A DNA stretch of 64,000 nucleotides from Chitinophagaceae bacterium. Its GTDB lineage: Bacteria; Bacteroidota; Bacteroidia; Chitinophagales; Chitinophagaceae. The notes under the pieces were generated by a model, which was not told where the DNA came from, ran no database searches, and saw nothing but the letters and a program-made list of their open reading frames with translations. Where the stretch lies: the NCBI GenBank assembly GCA_034680125.1, contig JAXITL010000001.1, positions 12,918-76,917 of the forward strand, in the 5' to 3' direction. Shown piece after piece: positions 19,255 to 29,618 of this stretch; position 1 is the stretch's first letter; every line of letters begins with the position of its first letter. Position numbers and translations under genes: made by a program.

Positions 19255-20415
19255 ATGGAAATGTATCAAAATTTACCCCAAAAACACAGGTCTGCAGATA
19301 TAAGTATATTCAGTGTAATGAGTGCCTTAGCTACAAAACACCATGCCATCAACCTTTCTCAAGGATTTCCTGATTTCCCAATAGATACCAAACTGGGAGA
19401 CCTCTTGCACGAGGCCGCTAACAAAGGCTGGAATCAATATGCACCGATGACTGGCTTGCCCCTATTGCGCGAGGCCATTGCTGCCGATTTTAAGAAAAGA
19501 TATGCTATCGATCTTAATCCTGACTCAGAAATAAGCATTACACCAGGAGCCACTTATGCCATTTACAGCGCTTTTTCGGCTATTTTGAGCCCAGGAGACG
19601 AGGTGATTGTATTAGAGCCAGCATACGATAGTTATATCCCTAATATAGAAATGAATGGCGCTAAGGCTGTGCCCGTTAAATTACTTGCTCCTTCTTTTGC
19701 ACCCGATTGGCAGGCCATAAAAGACGCCATTACGCCCAAAACCAAAGCCATAATCATCAATACGCCCCACAATCCTACAGGCACTATATGGCCCCTTGCT
19801 GATTGGAATCAACTAGCCGATTTAGTGCGAGATACTCCTATCATAATTCTGTCAGATGAAGTATATGAGCAATTGGTTTTTGACGGACAAGTCCATTATA
19901 GTGTATTACAACACCCTGAGCTAAGGGAACGCAGTTTTGCTCTATATTCTTTTGGCAAGGCATTTCACAATACGGGTTGGAAAATGGGTTATTGTATCGC
20001 AGCACCTATGCTAACACAGGCCTTTCGACAACTGCATCAGTTTATAGGTTTTAGTGTAAACACACCCGCGCAATTTGCCCTAGCCCAATATCTAAACCTA
20101 GACGAGCGGGAAGCGCCCAATACGTTATTGCAAAGCAAACGTGACTATTTTTTGGAATTGATGAAAGAAACGCCCTTTACCCTGTTGGCGCCAGCCGCAG
20201 GCAGCTATTTTCAACTGGCCTCTTATGCCCATATGTCTGATTTGCCAGACAGAACCTTTGCCACATTATTGACCGAAAAATTTGGCGTCGCTACCATACC
20301 AATCAGTGCTTTTTATAGCGATCGGCATGACCAAAAAATACTACGTTTTTGTTTTGCCAAAAAAGAAGACACTTTGAAGGCGGCCATAGAAAGGCTAGCT
20401 AAAATTGAATCCTAA
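19255..20415 (+). CDS. Class I/II PLP-dependent aminotransferase (YbdL/methionine aminotransferase-like)
   Basis: INLSQGFPDF, NTPHNPTG and the PLP-lysine context SFGKAFHNTGWKMGY. The likely start is MEMYQ at 19255, not the extended track ORF. Confidence 0.85.
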   Translation: MEMYQNLPQKHRSADISIFSVMSALATKHHAINLSQGFPDFPIDTKLGDLLHEAANKGWNQYAPMTGLPLLREAIAADFKKRYAIDLNPDSEISITPGATYAIYSAFSAILSPGDEVIVLEPAYDSYIPNIEMNGAKAVPVKLLAPSFAPDWQAIKDAITPKTKAIIINTPHNPTGTIWPLADWNQLADLVRDTPIIILSDEVYEQLVFDGQVHYSVLQHPELRERSFALYSFGKAFHNTGWKMGYCIAAPMLTQAFRQLHQFIGFSVNTPAQFALAQYLNLDEREAPNTLLQSKRDYFLELMKETPFTLLAPAAGSYFQLASYAHMSDLPDRTFATLLTEKFGVATIPISAFYSDRHDQKILRFCFAKKEDTLKAAIERLAKIES

Positions 20416-20590
20416 TCCCTTTTTCAATGAGATCAATAGCATTTAAACTAGATGGAAAGGCCCAAGTAATGTACAAGATGTAAGCAAAAAAATGTAGGGC
20501 TTATCTTCAAAAACCTACATTAGGAAGCCATCAGATTTGTAGCACCCCATTTTATCAAAAAGCAACTATCTTCTAATCTGCAGATTAAAC

Positions 20591-20626
20591 AAAAAGCCCA
20601 ATCCATGAGGATTGGGCTTAAAAAAC
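20591..20626 (-). terminator. Rho-independent terminator downstream of the imelysin-like gene
   Basis: AAGCCCAATCC pairs with GGATTGGGCTT. A T-run follows on the minus strand. Confidence 0.7.
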
Positions 20627-20644
20627 TACTCTTAATCCATAAGA

Positions 20645-21718
20645 TTAGTCTGCAATGTTATCTTTTACAAAAGGAATCAATTCTGTAGAAATTGTAGAAC
20701 GCAAAGAATCAACGGCATCGATAGCGATTTTCACTTCTATCTTTTTGAAGTAAATAGCTGAATCTAAAGGCATTTTAATAGCAGCCATAGCTGAATCAAC
20801 GGCATTCATTCTCTCAGATAGTTTAATATCTAGACTCGCTTTTTTATCTTTTACAAGATCTTGAATACCATAACCCATTGAACCATTGTAGCGTCCGGTG
20901 TACACACTTTTTAATGAAGATATATTGTTTTTAATGTCAACAATAGAAAGATTAGCATAGGGCGACTCCACAATGGTAGAATCTACTGCATAAAATGGTG
21001 CTCCTAAATTATCCGTAACGAGACGCGAACATAAATCATTCATACCGCCAACCATTACAGTAAATAAGTCTTGTTTTTTCTTAAATGTAGTACCGCCATT
21101 GCCCGCAAAAATAATTTCCGAACCATAATTTTTAGATCCGGCAGACCATTCATTAAATAGCGCTACACTATTATTTAGAAGATCCTTAGCCAGGTTAAAT
21201 AGGTATTTCCTTTGTCTAAAATCAAAATCATTAGCCGTTTTAGTGCCAGAAGCGCCATACATCATGTATTCCATTGCATGAAAACCACGAAAATTCTCAG
21301 TTAACTTTTCTACATCAGGCATATCGAGCGGATTGGAACTAACCAATAAGGCGTCAAAGTCTGCTGCTTTAGCCGCCCAGGTTTCCATTCTGCTGTTGTA
21401 TTTACCGTTTTTAACAGGTCCAAAATGAAAACTTTCGGTGCGTTCCCAAATTACCCTTGCATTTTTCCATGCCGTTTTTACCAGTACCAAATCAGATGCT
21501 AATCCTGAGATATAGTAGTTTTCAGAAGCAGCTTTCAATTGTAAAATTGAATTGTTTAAATCGCTGTAAGCAGGCAGTGCTACTTCTTCGGCAAAATTAT
21601 AAATGACGCGCGTTTTCAATTCACCAAAATCTTTAGGCTTTGTATCGGTTTCCGTTTTTTTACAAGAGCCCATTAGGAGCAATGAAGTTGCGGTAAATAG
21701 TAAAATTTTACTTTTCAT
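20645..21718 (-). CDS. Imelysin-like (M75 family) lipoprotein
   Basis: Lipobox LLLMGSCKK, and a GxHxxE motif in FRGFHAMEYMMYG typical of imelysin-family proteins. Confidence 0.65.
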   Translation of the reverse strand: MKSKILLFTATSLLLMGSCKKTETDTKPKDFGELKTRVIYNFAEEVALPAYSDLNNSILQLKAASENYYISGLASDLVLVKTAWKNARVIWERTESFHFGPVKNGKYNSRMETWAAKAADFDALLVSSNPLDMPDVEKLTENFRGFHAMEYMMYGASGTKTANDFDFRQRKYLFNLAKDLLNNSVALFNEWSAGSKNYGSEIIFAGNGGTTFKKKQDLFTVMVGGMNDLCSRLVTDNLGAPFYAVDSTIVESPYANLSIVDIKNNISSLKSVYTGRYNGSMGYGIQDLVKDKKASLDIKLSERMNAVDSAMAAIKMPLDSAIYFKKIEVKIAIDAVDSLRSTISTELIPFVKDNIAD

Positions 21719-21901
21719 AAAAAATTTGAAGTTGATAAAAAATGTTAGTTGTCTTGTTGTTTAAGCCACTGAAAATAGATTCGGTTTAGCTTAATGAGTA
21801 TTTTATAAGGCCTAAAGATATTATAATTCTCAAAAGTCAATAAACATTTTCTTAAAAAAGTGAAAAGAAAACATAGCACTACGAAAATCAGAAATCAAAT
21901 A

Positions 21902-21909
21902 TACATTTG
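21902..21909 (+). promoter_or_regulatory. Candidate -7 promoter box for parE
   Basis: TACATTTG lies 14 nt upstream of the ATG at 21924. Confidence 0.35.
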
Positions 21910-21923
21910 CCATTCTTAAAAGA

Positions 21924-23828
21924 ATGGAACAAAAAATGGCAGAACAGGAAGTAATTTATAACGAAGACAGTATTAAATCCCTAGATTGGCGGGAACATAT
22001 TCGGCTTCGTCCGGGTATGTACATTGGCAAATTAGGCGATGGAAGCAGCATGGATGACGGGATTTATGTCTTGCTCAAAGAGGTATTAGACAACTGTATC
22101 GACGAATATATGATGGGCCATGGCAAACGCATCGAAATAAAACTTGATAACGGAGTAGCGAGCATTCGCGACTATGGACGAGGCATTCCATTGGGTAAAG
22201 TTGTCGATGTGGTAAGCAAAATAAATACAGGGGCCAAATATGATAGCAAGGCATTTCAAAAATCTGTTGGGCTGAATGGTGTGGGTACTAAAGCAGTAAA
22301 TGCCCTCAGCAATAAGTTTATAGTAAGCTCATATAGAGAAGGCAAAATGAAAACAGCCGAATTTGAACGCGGTGTTTTACTCAAAGAGCATAAAGAAGTT
22401 GCCACAACAGAACCGAATGGAACTTTTGTGACCTTTACACCAGACGATACTATTTTCAAACATTATAAGTACATTTTTGAATACGTTGAAAACCAAATTT
22501 GGAATTATTGCTTCCTAAATGCAGGCCTACAAATCAATTTCAACGGCCGGAACTTTATTTCAAAAAACGGATTACTGGACCTATTGCAGCGCAAAGCGAA
22601 TCCCGAGTCCATGCGTTATCCTATTATTCACCTCAAAGGAAATGATATTGAAGTAGCCATAACACATACGGGTGATTATGGAGAGGATTTGTACTCATTT
22701 GTAAACGGGCAACATACCACACAAGGCGGTACCCATCAGGGTGCTTTTCGAGAAGCATTTGTAAAAGTCGTTCGCGACTTCTTTAAGAAAGATTATGATG
22801 CGGCCGACGTGCGCCAAAGTATTTGCGCTGCCATCGCCGTAAGGGTTCAAGAACCGGTGTTTGAGAGCCAAACCAAAACAAAATTGGGTTCGCAATCCGT
22901 TTCTGAAGGAGGACAAAGCATGAAGGCATTTGTGCTCGATTTTTTAGCGAAAGAATTAGACAATTATTTACATAAAAATCAGTCCGCCGCAGATGCAATC
23001 AAAAAGCGTATCGAACAAAGCGAACGCGAGCGAAAAGAACTGTCGGGCATCAGAAAACTAGCCAACGAAAGGGCCAAAAAAGCCAATTTACATAATAAAA
23101 AATTACGTGATTGCCGTATTCATTACAATGGCGAAGCGCCTGCTAAAAACAAAGAAGAATACGTTTTAAAGCAAAATGAATCTACTGTTTTTATCACCGA
23201 AGGAGACTCGGCCAGTGGATCGATTACCAAAAGCAGAAATGTAGAAAGTCAAGCGGTTTTTAGTCTGCGTGGTAAACCCTTAAACTGCTACGGCCTAACC
23301 AAAAAAATCGTCTACGAAAACGAAGAATTCAATTTGCTACAACACGCCTTGAATATAGAAGAAGGGCTTGAGGGCTTGCGCTACAATAATATAGTTATCG
23401 CTACCGATGCCGATGTGGATGGCATGCACATTCGCTTGTTGATCATGACTTTTTTCCTCCAATTCTTCCCCGACTTGGTGCGTAACGGGCATGTGTACAT
23501 TTTGGAAACGCCCTTGTTTAGGGTGCGCAATAAACAGAAAACAATTTATTGCTATAGCGACGAAGAACGCCAAAGAGCCATATATGAATTGGGCAATAAG
23601 CCAGAGATTACCCGATTTAAGGGTTTAGGAGAAATATCACCCGAAGAGTTTGGTAAATTCATCGGAGAAGATATGCGGAAAGTACCCGTAATGCTGAGCC
23701 AGGATACTCAAATTCAAAAATTACTAGAATATTTTATGGGTAAAAACACACCAGACCGTCAAGTTTTCATCATCAATAATTTGGTGGTTGAAAAAGACCT
23801 TGAAGAAGAATTACTAGCCTTAAAATAG
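21924..23828 (+). CDS. parE: DNA topoisomerase IV subunit B (type IIA topoisomerase B subunit)
   Basis: [23 protein letters not shown] in the GHKL ATPase domain, Toprim EGDSASGS, and SLRGKPLN. At 634 aa it lacks the longer GyrB C-terminal domain. Confidence 0.88.
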   Translation: MEQKMAEQEVIYNEDSIKSLDWREHIRLRPGMYIGKLGDGSSMDDGIYVLLKEVLDNCIDEYMMGHGKRIEIKLDNGVASIRDYGRGIPLGKVVDVVSKINTGAKYDSKAFQKSVGLNGVGTKAVNALSNKFIVSSYREGKMKTAEFERGVLLKEHKEVATTEPNGTFVTFTPDDTIFKHYKYIFEYVENQIWNYCFLNAGLQINFNGRNFISKNGLLDLLQRKANPESMRYPIIHLKGNDIEVAITHTGDYGEDLYSFVNGQHTTQGGTHQGAFREAFVKVVRDFFKKDYDAADVRQSICAAIAVRVQEPVFESQTKTKLGSQSVSEGGQSMKAFVLDFLAKELDNYLHKNQSAADAIKKRIEQSERERKELSGIRKLANERAKKANLHNKKLRDCRIHYNGEAPAKNKEEYVLKQNESTVFITEGDSASGSITKSRNVESQAVFSLRGKPLNCYGLTKKIVYENEEFNLLQHALNIEEGLEGLRYNNIVIATDADVDGMHIRLLIMTFFLQFFPDLVRNGHVYILETPLFRVRNKQKTIYCYSDEERQRAIYELGNKPEITRFKGLGEISPEEFGKFIGEDMRKVPVMLSQDTQIQKLLEYFMGKNTPDRQVFIINNLVVEKDLEEELLALK

Positions 23829-23845
23829 CCTTACAAAAATCAATT

Positions 23846-23883
23846 GAAAGCAGCCGAAAACATCCATATTTTCGGCTGCTTTC
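23846..23883. terminator. Bidirectional rho-independent terminator
   Basis: Perfect 15-bp stem GAAAGCAGCCGAAAA / TTTTCGGCTGCTTTC with an 8-nt loop. Confidence 0.8.
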
Positions 23884-23935
23884 TTTTGTTAGGCACAAGT
23901 TCTTTTGAAGGCTGAAATCTTATTTTTCCGAACGA

Positions 23936-24901
23936 TTATACATGTTGCACAATTAAAAAATATAAGGGCAATCCAATAGTAATATTAATCGGAAAAGTAA
24001 CCGCCAAAGCCATGGGTAGATAAAGTCCGGGGTTGGACTTGGGCACCGTAATTTTCATCGCTGCGGGCACAGCAATATAAGAAGCGCTAGCTGCTAATAC
24101 GGCGAAAATAAATCTATTAGTAATATCATCGGTAACGAAGGAACTTAAAACGGCAAACAAACATCCATTCAATAAGGGAATGAATACTGCAAAAGCAAAG
24201 GGAAATAAACCAAAAGCGAAAAAAGACTTGAGTTTTTTGCCACTAGTAATACCCATATCTAAAAGAAATATGGCCAAAAAACCTTTGAATAAATCATTCG
24301 TGAAAGGCTTGATGCCTTCTGCCTGTTTTGCATCGGCTAAAAAACCGATTGCCAAACTACCTAGTATTAATAAAACACTACCATTGGTTAATGAATGCTT
24401 CACTAATTGGGGTATTTTAATCCTACTTGTTAGATCCTCCTTTTGAAATAGGGAAATCAGCACTAAACCTACAATTATAGCAGGTGATTCCATCAGGGCC
24501 ATAATCGCAACCATATGACCATGCAATGCTAACTGTTGTGAATCGAGAAAAGAAACGGCCGTTACAAAAGTAACGGCACTAACAGAACCATAGGCTGCAG
24601 CTATCGCACCCGCATCATAAACACTCAACTTTCTTTTGAGTAGAAAAAATGTATAAAAAGGTATAACGGCCGAAATGAAAATCCCAAACAACATCGACCA
24701 AGCAATCTCGCTCGTAAAATTTTCGTGCGATAATTCTTGCCCCCCTTTAAAACCAATGGAAAATAACAAGTAAAGTGAGATAAACTTGGAAGAATTGGGC
24801 GGAATTTCTAAATCACTTTTGAGATAAACGGCCACAATACCCAAAACAAAAAACAACAAAGCTGGATTGGTTAAATTTTCGAGAAGTAGATTATAATTCA
24901 T
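23936..24901 (-). CDS. SbtA-like sodium-dependent bicarbonate transport family permease
   Basis: 321 aa and polytopic. The N-terminus LFFVLGIVAVYLKSDLEIP...FSIGFKGGQEL and the AAAYGSVSAVTFVTA motif resemble the SbtA family. Confidence 0.65.
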   Translation of the reverse strand: MNYNLLLENLTNPALLFFVLGIVAVYLKSDLEIPPNSSKFISLYLLFSIGFKGGQELSHENFTSEIAWSMLFGIFISAVIPFYTFFLLKRKLSVYDAGAIAAAYGSVSAVTFVTAVSFLDSQQLALHGHMVAIMALMESPAIIVGLVLISLFQKEDLTSRIKIPQLVKHSLTNGSVLLILGSLAIGFLADAKQAEGIKPFTNDLFKGFLAIFLLDMGITSGKKLKSFFAFGLFPFAFAVFIPLLNGCLFAVLSSFVTDDITNRFIFAVLAASASYIAVPAAMKITVPKSNPGLYLPMALAVTFPINITIGLPLYFLIVQHV

Positions 24902-25064
24902 AAAGTTATTTTAGGAAGGAAGGACAAGTTGATTTGCTATCATAATGCATACCCCTACTCGACATCCCTTTGGGCTATCTTATATGTTGAATGTATGTGC
25001 AAAATTGGCGATAATAATTATTAAAATACATTTATCTTTGTAATAAAATCCATAAATAATATTT

Positions 25065-25988
25065 ATGAATTACACCCTGAATCAACTCCAAATATTTTTA
25101 AAGGTTGTAAAAACCCAAAGCGTTACCAAAGCGTCAGAAGAATTACACTTAACCCAACCCGCGGTTTCCATACAACTCAAAAATTTTCAAGAACAATTCG
25201 AAATTCCCCTTACGGAAGTAATTGGCAGAAAAATATTCATAACCGATTTTGGAAAGGAAATCGCCATAGCAGCAGAGCAAATTCTCAATCAGGTATATGC
25301 CATCAATTACAAAACACTTGCTTATAAAGGTCAACTTTCAGGCCGCTTAAAAATATCCGTGGTATCAACGGGCAAATATGTGATGCCCTATTTTCTTTCA
25401 GAATTTATACAACAAAATGATGGTGTAGAATTACACATGGACGTAACCAACAAAAACAAGGTCATTGAAAGCCTAGAACATAATGAGGTAGACTTTGCTT
25501 TGGTATCGATTTTACCCACCAAAATGAAGATCGAGAAACTAGATTTATTGCAAAACAAATTGTTTTTAGTAGGAAATGCCCAGGCAACTTTTAAGAAGAA
25601 AAACAACTCAAAAGCCATCTTTAATGATCTACCCTTGATTTACAGAGAAAGCGGCTCGGGTACGCGACAAACAATGGAACATTTTATTGAAAAAAACAAC
25701 ATTAAAACGCTTAAAAAATTAGAGCTTACAACGAATGAGGCTGTAAAACAAGCCATCTTAGCGAAACTTGGCTATTCAATCATGCCCTTGATCGGTATCA
25801 AAAGTGAATTGCAAAACAACGAATTACAAATTATACCAGTAGCAGGTCTGCCCATTAAAACTACCTGGAGTTTAATCTGGTTAAAAGGCAAAAAACACTC
25901 ACCAGTATGCCTTTCTTTTTTGGAGCATTTACAAAAAGAAAAAGAATCAATTGTACACAACAACTTTAGTTGGTACGAAAATTACTAG
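25065..25988 (+). CDS. LysR-family transcriptional regulator
   Basis: N-terminal wHTH SVTKASEELHLTQPAVSIQLKNFQEQF plus a LysR substrate-binding domain. It is divergent from the SbtA-like gene. Confidence 0.9.
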   Translation: MNYTLNQLQIFLKVVKTQSVTKASEELHLTQPAVSIQLKNFQEQFEIPLTEVIGRKIFITDFGKEIAIAAEQILNQVYAINYKTLAYKGQLSGRLKISVVSTGKYVMPYFLSEFIQQNDGVELHMDVTNKNKVIESLEHNEVDFALVSILPTKMKIEKLDLLQNKLFLVGNAQATFKKKNNSKAIFNDLPLIYRESGSGTRQTMEHFIEKNNIKTLKKLELTTNEAVKQAILAKLGYSIMPLIGIKSELQNNELQIIPVAGLPIKTTWSLIWLKGKKHSPVCLSFLEHLQKEKESIVHNNFSWYENY

Positions 25989-26043
25989 TGGATATTTGTA
26001 TAAGAGGGGAAAATCAAAAAAAGCTGAATAAAATTATCCAAAA

Positions 26044-26080
26044 CAAAAAACCTGCAAACAAATTGTTTGCAGGTTTTTTT
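26044..26080. terminator. Bidirectional rho-independent terminator
   Basis: AAAAAACCTGCAAACAA pairs with TTGTTTGCAGGTTTTTT. Confidence 0.8.
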
Positions 26081-26093
26081 TACAATAAACTCA

Positions 26094-27884
26094 TTAGTTC
26101 GTTTTCATTTCGAAAGGCAACAGCATCATCGACCGACCATTCATATTGCTTAATTTTTTGAGACGCACCAATTCCTTCGCTTCATTACCCAATTGATGTA
26201 CCACCGCAGCAGAGACTGCTTCTTGGGCTGAGCTACCTTTAAACATTTTCAAAAAAGATTTAAACTTATCCACTTTTTCAGGATAGGTGCGAATTTCATA
26301 ATCTTTGATTTTGGCTAAAGTGGCCGCACTAGCAATAGCACGATCTAAATTTCCTAAAGCATCAACTAAGCCATTTTGCTTCCCAGCAAGGCCTGTCCAC
26401 ACGCGACCTTGGGCTATAGAATCCACTGCAGCTTCTGTCATTTTTCGACCATTGGCCACTCTGCGTTTAAACAGCGCGTAAATCGAATCGACCCCTCTTT
26501 GCATCATAGCACTTTCTTCAAGGGACATGGTACGCGTAGCATTAGGAAAGTCGGCATAAGGCGCATTTTTTACCTGATCGAAAGTAATACCTAGCTTATT
26601 ATTCATTAATTTTTCGGTATTAAACATCATCGAGAAGACACCAATACTGCCCGTAATCGTAGTAGGCATAGCAAAAATACTGTCTGCAGCACAAGCAATA
26701 TAATAACCACCGCTGGCGGCTACGTCGCCCATAGAAACCACTATTGGTTTCTTTTGATGCAATAATTGCAATTCGCGTAAGATAATTTCTGAGGCTCTAG
26801 CGCTACCACCGGGAGAGTTGATACGCAATACGACAGCCTTTATTTTATCATTGTTACGCACAGTGCGGATGGTTTTGGCCATATCCACATCCGTAATTTC
26901 GTAATCACCATTAGCTTCACCATCGCTGATTTGACCTTCCGCAAAGATGACTGCAATGCGCTTATCACTATCTTTTTCCTCATTATCGCTATCCATATCA
27001 GAAAAATCACTAAGACTAGCAAAGTTGATTTCTTTATCCGCTTGTACTTTTAATTTTGCCTTCATCATTGATTCTACTTCATCCCAATACCGAACAGCAT
27101 CTACGACTTTATATTTTAAGGCATCCTGAGGAAACTGAATGGCACCTGTCTGGGCCAAAGCATTTACCGCAGCGGCATCTGTATGGTTGTGTGCAGCAAT
27201 AGCGGCAGTAAACTCATTCCAAATATCGGCTTGAATGGCAGCTACTTGCTGACGGTTAGGTTCACTCATTTTGTCGGCACGAAAAGGCTCAGTAGCACTC
27301 TTAAATTTACCTGCATAAAAAATTTGGGGTTCAACCTCTAATTTGGCCAATGCATTTTTAAAGAAGGTCAATTCGCTTTGCAATCCCTTCAATTCAACAT
27401 CACCAGCAGGATTGACAAAAATACTATCTGCCGCAGAGGCAACATACAAGGCTCCTTGCGTAATACTTTCGCCATAGGCATAAACGAATTTACCCGATTG
27501 TTTAAATTGCAATACGGCTTCTCTTATTTGTTGTAAGGTGGCAAAGCTATTGGGGCTGGGTGCTAGCTTGATGTATAAACCTTTAATCTTATCGTCTTTG
27601 GCCGCAGCCTGCATCGCTTTAGCGATTTCATAAACACCCGATTCCGATCCACCGCCATTGCCCATAAAGGAAAACGAATTTTCTTCGCCTTGCTCATGAA
27701 ATGACTCACTAAGATCTAATTGTAATAGGCTATTTTCTTGAAGACTTACCTTATTTTGATCAGTGCTATTCATAGCGCTGGTGGCTAGTCCAACAATTGC
27801 GCCAATAAATAAACCGATGGCGATTACACTAGCTACAATTACGCCCAATAAGGAGGCAAAGAACATTTTAAAAAACTGCTTCAT
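26094..27884 (-). CDS. sppA: Signal peptide peptidase SppA, 67K type
   Basis: 596 aa with an N-terminal TM segment and two S49 domains (QGALYVASAADSIFV and AASGGYYIACAADSIFA). Confidence 0.9.
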   Translation of the reverse strand: MKQFFKMFFASLLGVIVASVIAIGLFIGAIVGLATSAMNSTDQNKVSLQENSLLQLDLSESFHEQGEENSFSFMGNGGGSESGVYEIAKAMQAAAKDDKIKGLYIKLAPSPNSFATLQQIREAVLQFKQSGKFVYAYGESITQGALYVASAADSIFVNPAGDVELKGLQSELTFFKNALAKLEVEPQIFYAGKFKSATEPFRADKMSEPNRQQVAAIQADIWNEFTAAIAAHNHTDAAAVNALAQTGAIQFPQDALKYKVVDAVRYWDEVESMMKAKLKVQADKEINFASLSDFSDMDSDNEEKDSDKRIAVIFAEGQISDGEANGDYEITDVDMAKTIRTVRNNDKIKAVVLRINSPGGSARASEIILRELQLLHQKKPIVVSMGDVAASGGYYIACAADSIFAMPTTITGSIGVFSMMFNTEKLMNNKLGITFDQVKNAPYADFPNATRTMSLEESAMMQRGVDSIYALFKRRVANGRKMTEAAVDSIAQGRVWTGLAGKQNGLVDALGNLDRAIASAATLAKIKDYEIRTYPEKVDKFKSFLKMFKGSSAQEAVSAAVVHQLGNEAKELVRLKKLSNMNGRSMMLLPFEMKTN

Positions 27885-27963
27885 ATGAATTACTTTAATT
27901 TTTTGTTAGCACAAAGGTATCAATGTTTATATCTTCACCGCAAATTAAATCGGTCATAAATCG

Positions 27964-28452
27964 GTGAGTTCTATTTACCTACTTTTAGGCGGCAACCAAG
28001 GTAATCGTGCCCAAATATTATCCCAAGCGAAAGCAATGCTCGAGGAGGAATTGGGCCCTATCATGGCCTATTCACCTCTATACCAAACAGCTGCTTGGGG
28101 CAAAACCGATCAAGCGGATTTCTTGAATCAAGCCATCCATATCGATACTCCATGCAGCCCAATTGAAGCTTTAAACATCATCAATCAAATTGAACATTTA
28201 TTGGGGCGAAAACGCACAGAACATTGGGGGCAACGTACAATAGATATCGACATTTTGTTGTACGAACAAGAGGTGATGCATAGCGCCCGATTGGTTATTC
28301 CGCATCCAGAATTACAGCATCGCAGATTTGCATTAATCCCTTTATCTGCTATTGCAGCAGATTTATTGCATCCTGTTTTAAACAAAGCAATTGGGCAACT
28401 TTTACTTGATTGCCCCGATAAGCTTGAAGTTTTTTTGCATGAAGATTCTTGA
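27964..28452 (+). CDS. folK: 2-amino-4-hydroxy-6-hydroxymethyldihydropteridine diphosphokinase
   Basis: IYLLLGGNQGNR, WGQRTIDIDILLY and PHPELQHRRFALIPL. The apparent start is a GTG. Confidence 0.85.
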   Translation: MSSIYLLLGGNQGNRAQILSQAKAMLEEELGPIMAYSPLYQTAAWGKTDQADFLNQAIHIDTPCSPIEALNIINQIEHLLGRKRTEHWGQRTIDIDILLYEQEVMHSARLVIPHPELQHRRFALIPLSAIAADLLHPVLNKAIGQLLLDCPDKLEVFLHEDS

Positions 28453-28512
28453 TTTTTAGCTCATTTGGGTACCTTTGTGGCATCTTAACAACGAAAAAAA
28501 GGAAGGTTCACT

Positions 28513-29580
28513 ATGCGCGTGTTACACAACCGAATTTCGAACGAAGAACTGAAACGTCGCCTCTACGAAGAAACAGAGCCCCGTACCACAGTATCGTTCT
28601 ATCAGTATTTCTTCATCGCCGAACCACAGGCCTTCCGCGACAATCTCTTTATCCAATTTGAAGCCCTAAAGGTTTTTGGAAGAATCTACATTGCCAAGGA
28701 AGGGATTAATGCACAAATGAGTGTGCCTTCAAGCAATTTTGAAGCCTTTAAAGAAACTTTGTATGCAGCAGACCCTGCATTAAAGGGCATTCGCCTTAAT
28801 GTGGCAGTGGATGATGATGGTAAATCGTTCTGGGTTTTGCGGATGAAAGTAAGAGAGAAAATTGTTGCCGACGGTATTGAGGACCCTACATTTGATATGG
28901 CGAACAAAGGCAAGTATTTAAAAGCTGCCGAAGCCAATGAAATGATGGCCAAGCCAGGGACTATTATTGTGGATATGCGCAACCATTATGAATTTGAGGT
29001 GGGGCATTTTGAGAAAGCGATTGAAGTGCCTTCGGATACATTCCGCCAACAATTGCCCATGGCAGCCGAAATGTTAGCCGATAAAAAAGACCAAAATATT
29101 GTGATGTATTGCACCGGTGGTATTCGATGCGAAAAAGCAAGTGCCTATATGTTGCACCAAGGTTTCCAGAATGTATACCACATAGAAGGGGGCATTATTG
29201 AATACACCAACAAAGCCAAAGAAGAAGGATTACCCTTGATGTTTAAGGGTAAGAACTTTGTCTTTGATGAACGACTTGGCGAACGCATTACTGATGATGT
29301 CATCGCTGAATGTCATCAATGTGGTGCAAAAGCAGACACCCATACCAATTGCAAAAACGAAGGCTGTCATTTGCTGTTTATACAATGTACTGAATGTGCT
29401 GCAAAATATGAAGGTTGTTGCTCAGAGCCCTGCCAAGACACCTTGAAACTGACACCCGAAGAACGCGCTGAATTGCGCAAAGGAATAGACAATGGACAAA
29501 TGATTTTTAGTAAATCTAAAGATCATCCATTGCGCAAACATCGTGACGAATGGAAAAAAGAAGCGCAAGCAAAATCATAA
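28513..29580 (+). CDS. trhO: Rhodanese-domain tRNA uridine(34) hydroxylase (UPF0176/YceA/TrhO family)
   Basis: [11 protein letters not shown]-terminal domain, rhodanese loop [12 protein letters not shown], and a Cys-rich C-terminal extension. Confidence 0.85.
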   Translation: MRVLHNRISNEELKRRLYEETEPRTTVSFYQYFFIAEPQAFRDNLFIQFEALKVFGRIYIAKEGINAQMSVPSSNFEAFKETLYAADPALKGIRLNVAVDDDGKSFWVLRMKVREKIVADGIEDPTFDMANKGKYLKAAEANEMMAKPGTIIVDMRNHYEFEVGHFEKAIEVPSDTFRQQLPMAAEMLADKKDQNIVMYCTGGIRCEKASAYMLHQGFQNVYHIEGGIIEYTNKAKEEGLPLMFKGKNFVFDERLGERITDDVIAECHQCGAKADTHTNCKNEGCHLLFIQCTECAAKYEGCCSEPCQDTLKLTPEERAELRKGIDNGQMIFSKSKDHPLRKHRDEWKKEAQAKS

Positions 29581-29618
29581 AAAAAGGGGACAATAATTAA
29601 TTATTGTCCCCTTTTTTT
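29581..29618. terminator. Bidirectional rho-independent terminator
   Basis: AAAAAGGGGACAATAATT pairs with AATTATTGTCCCCTTTTT. It overlaps the stop codon of the SBBP gene. Confidence 0.8.
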
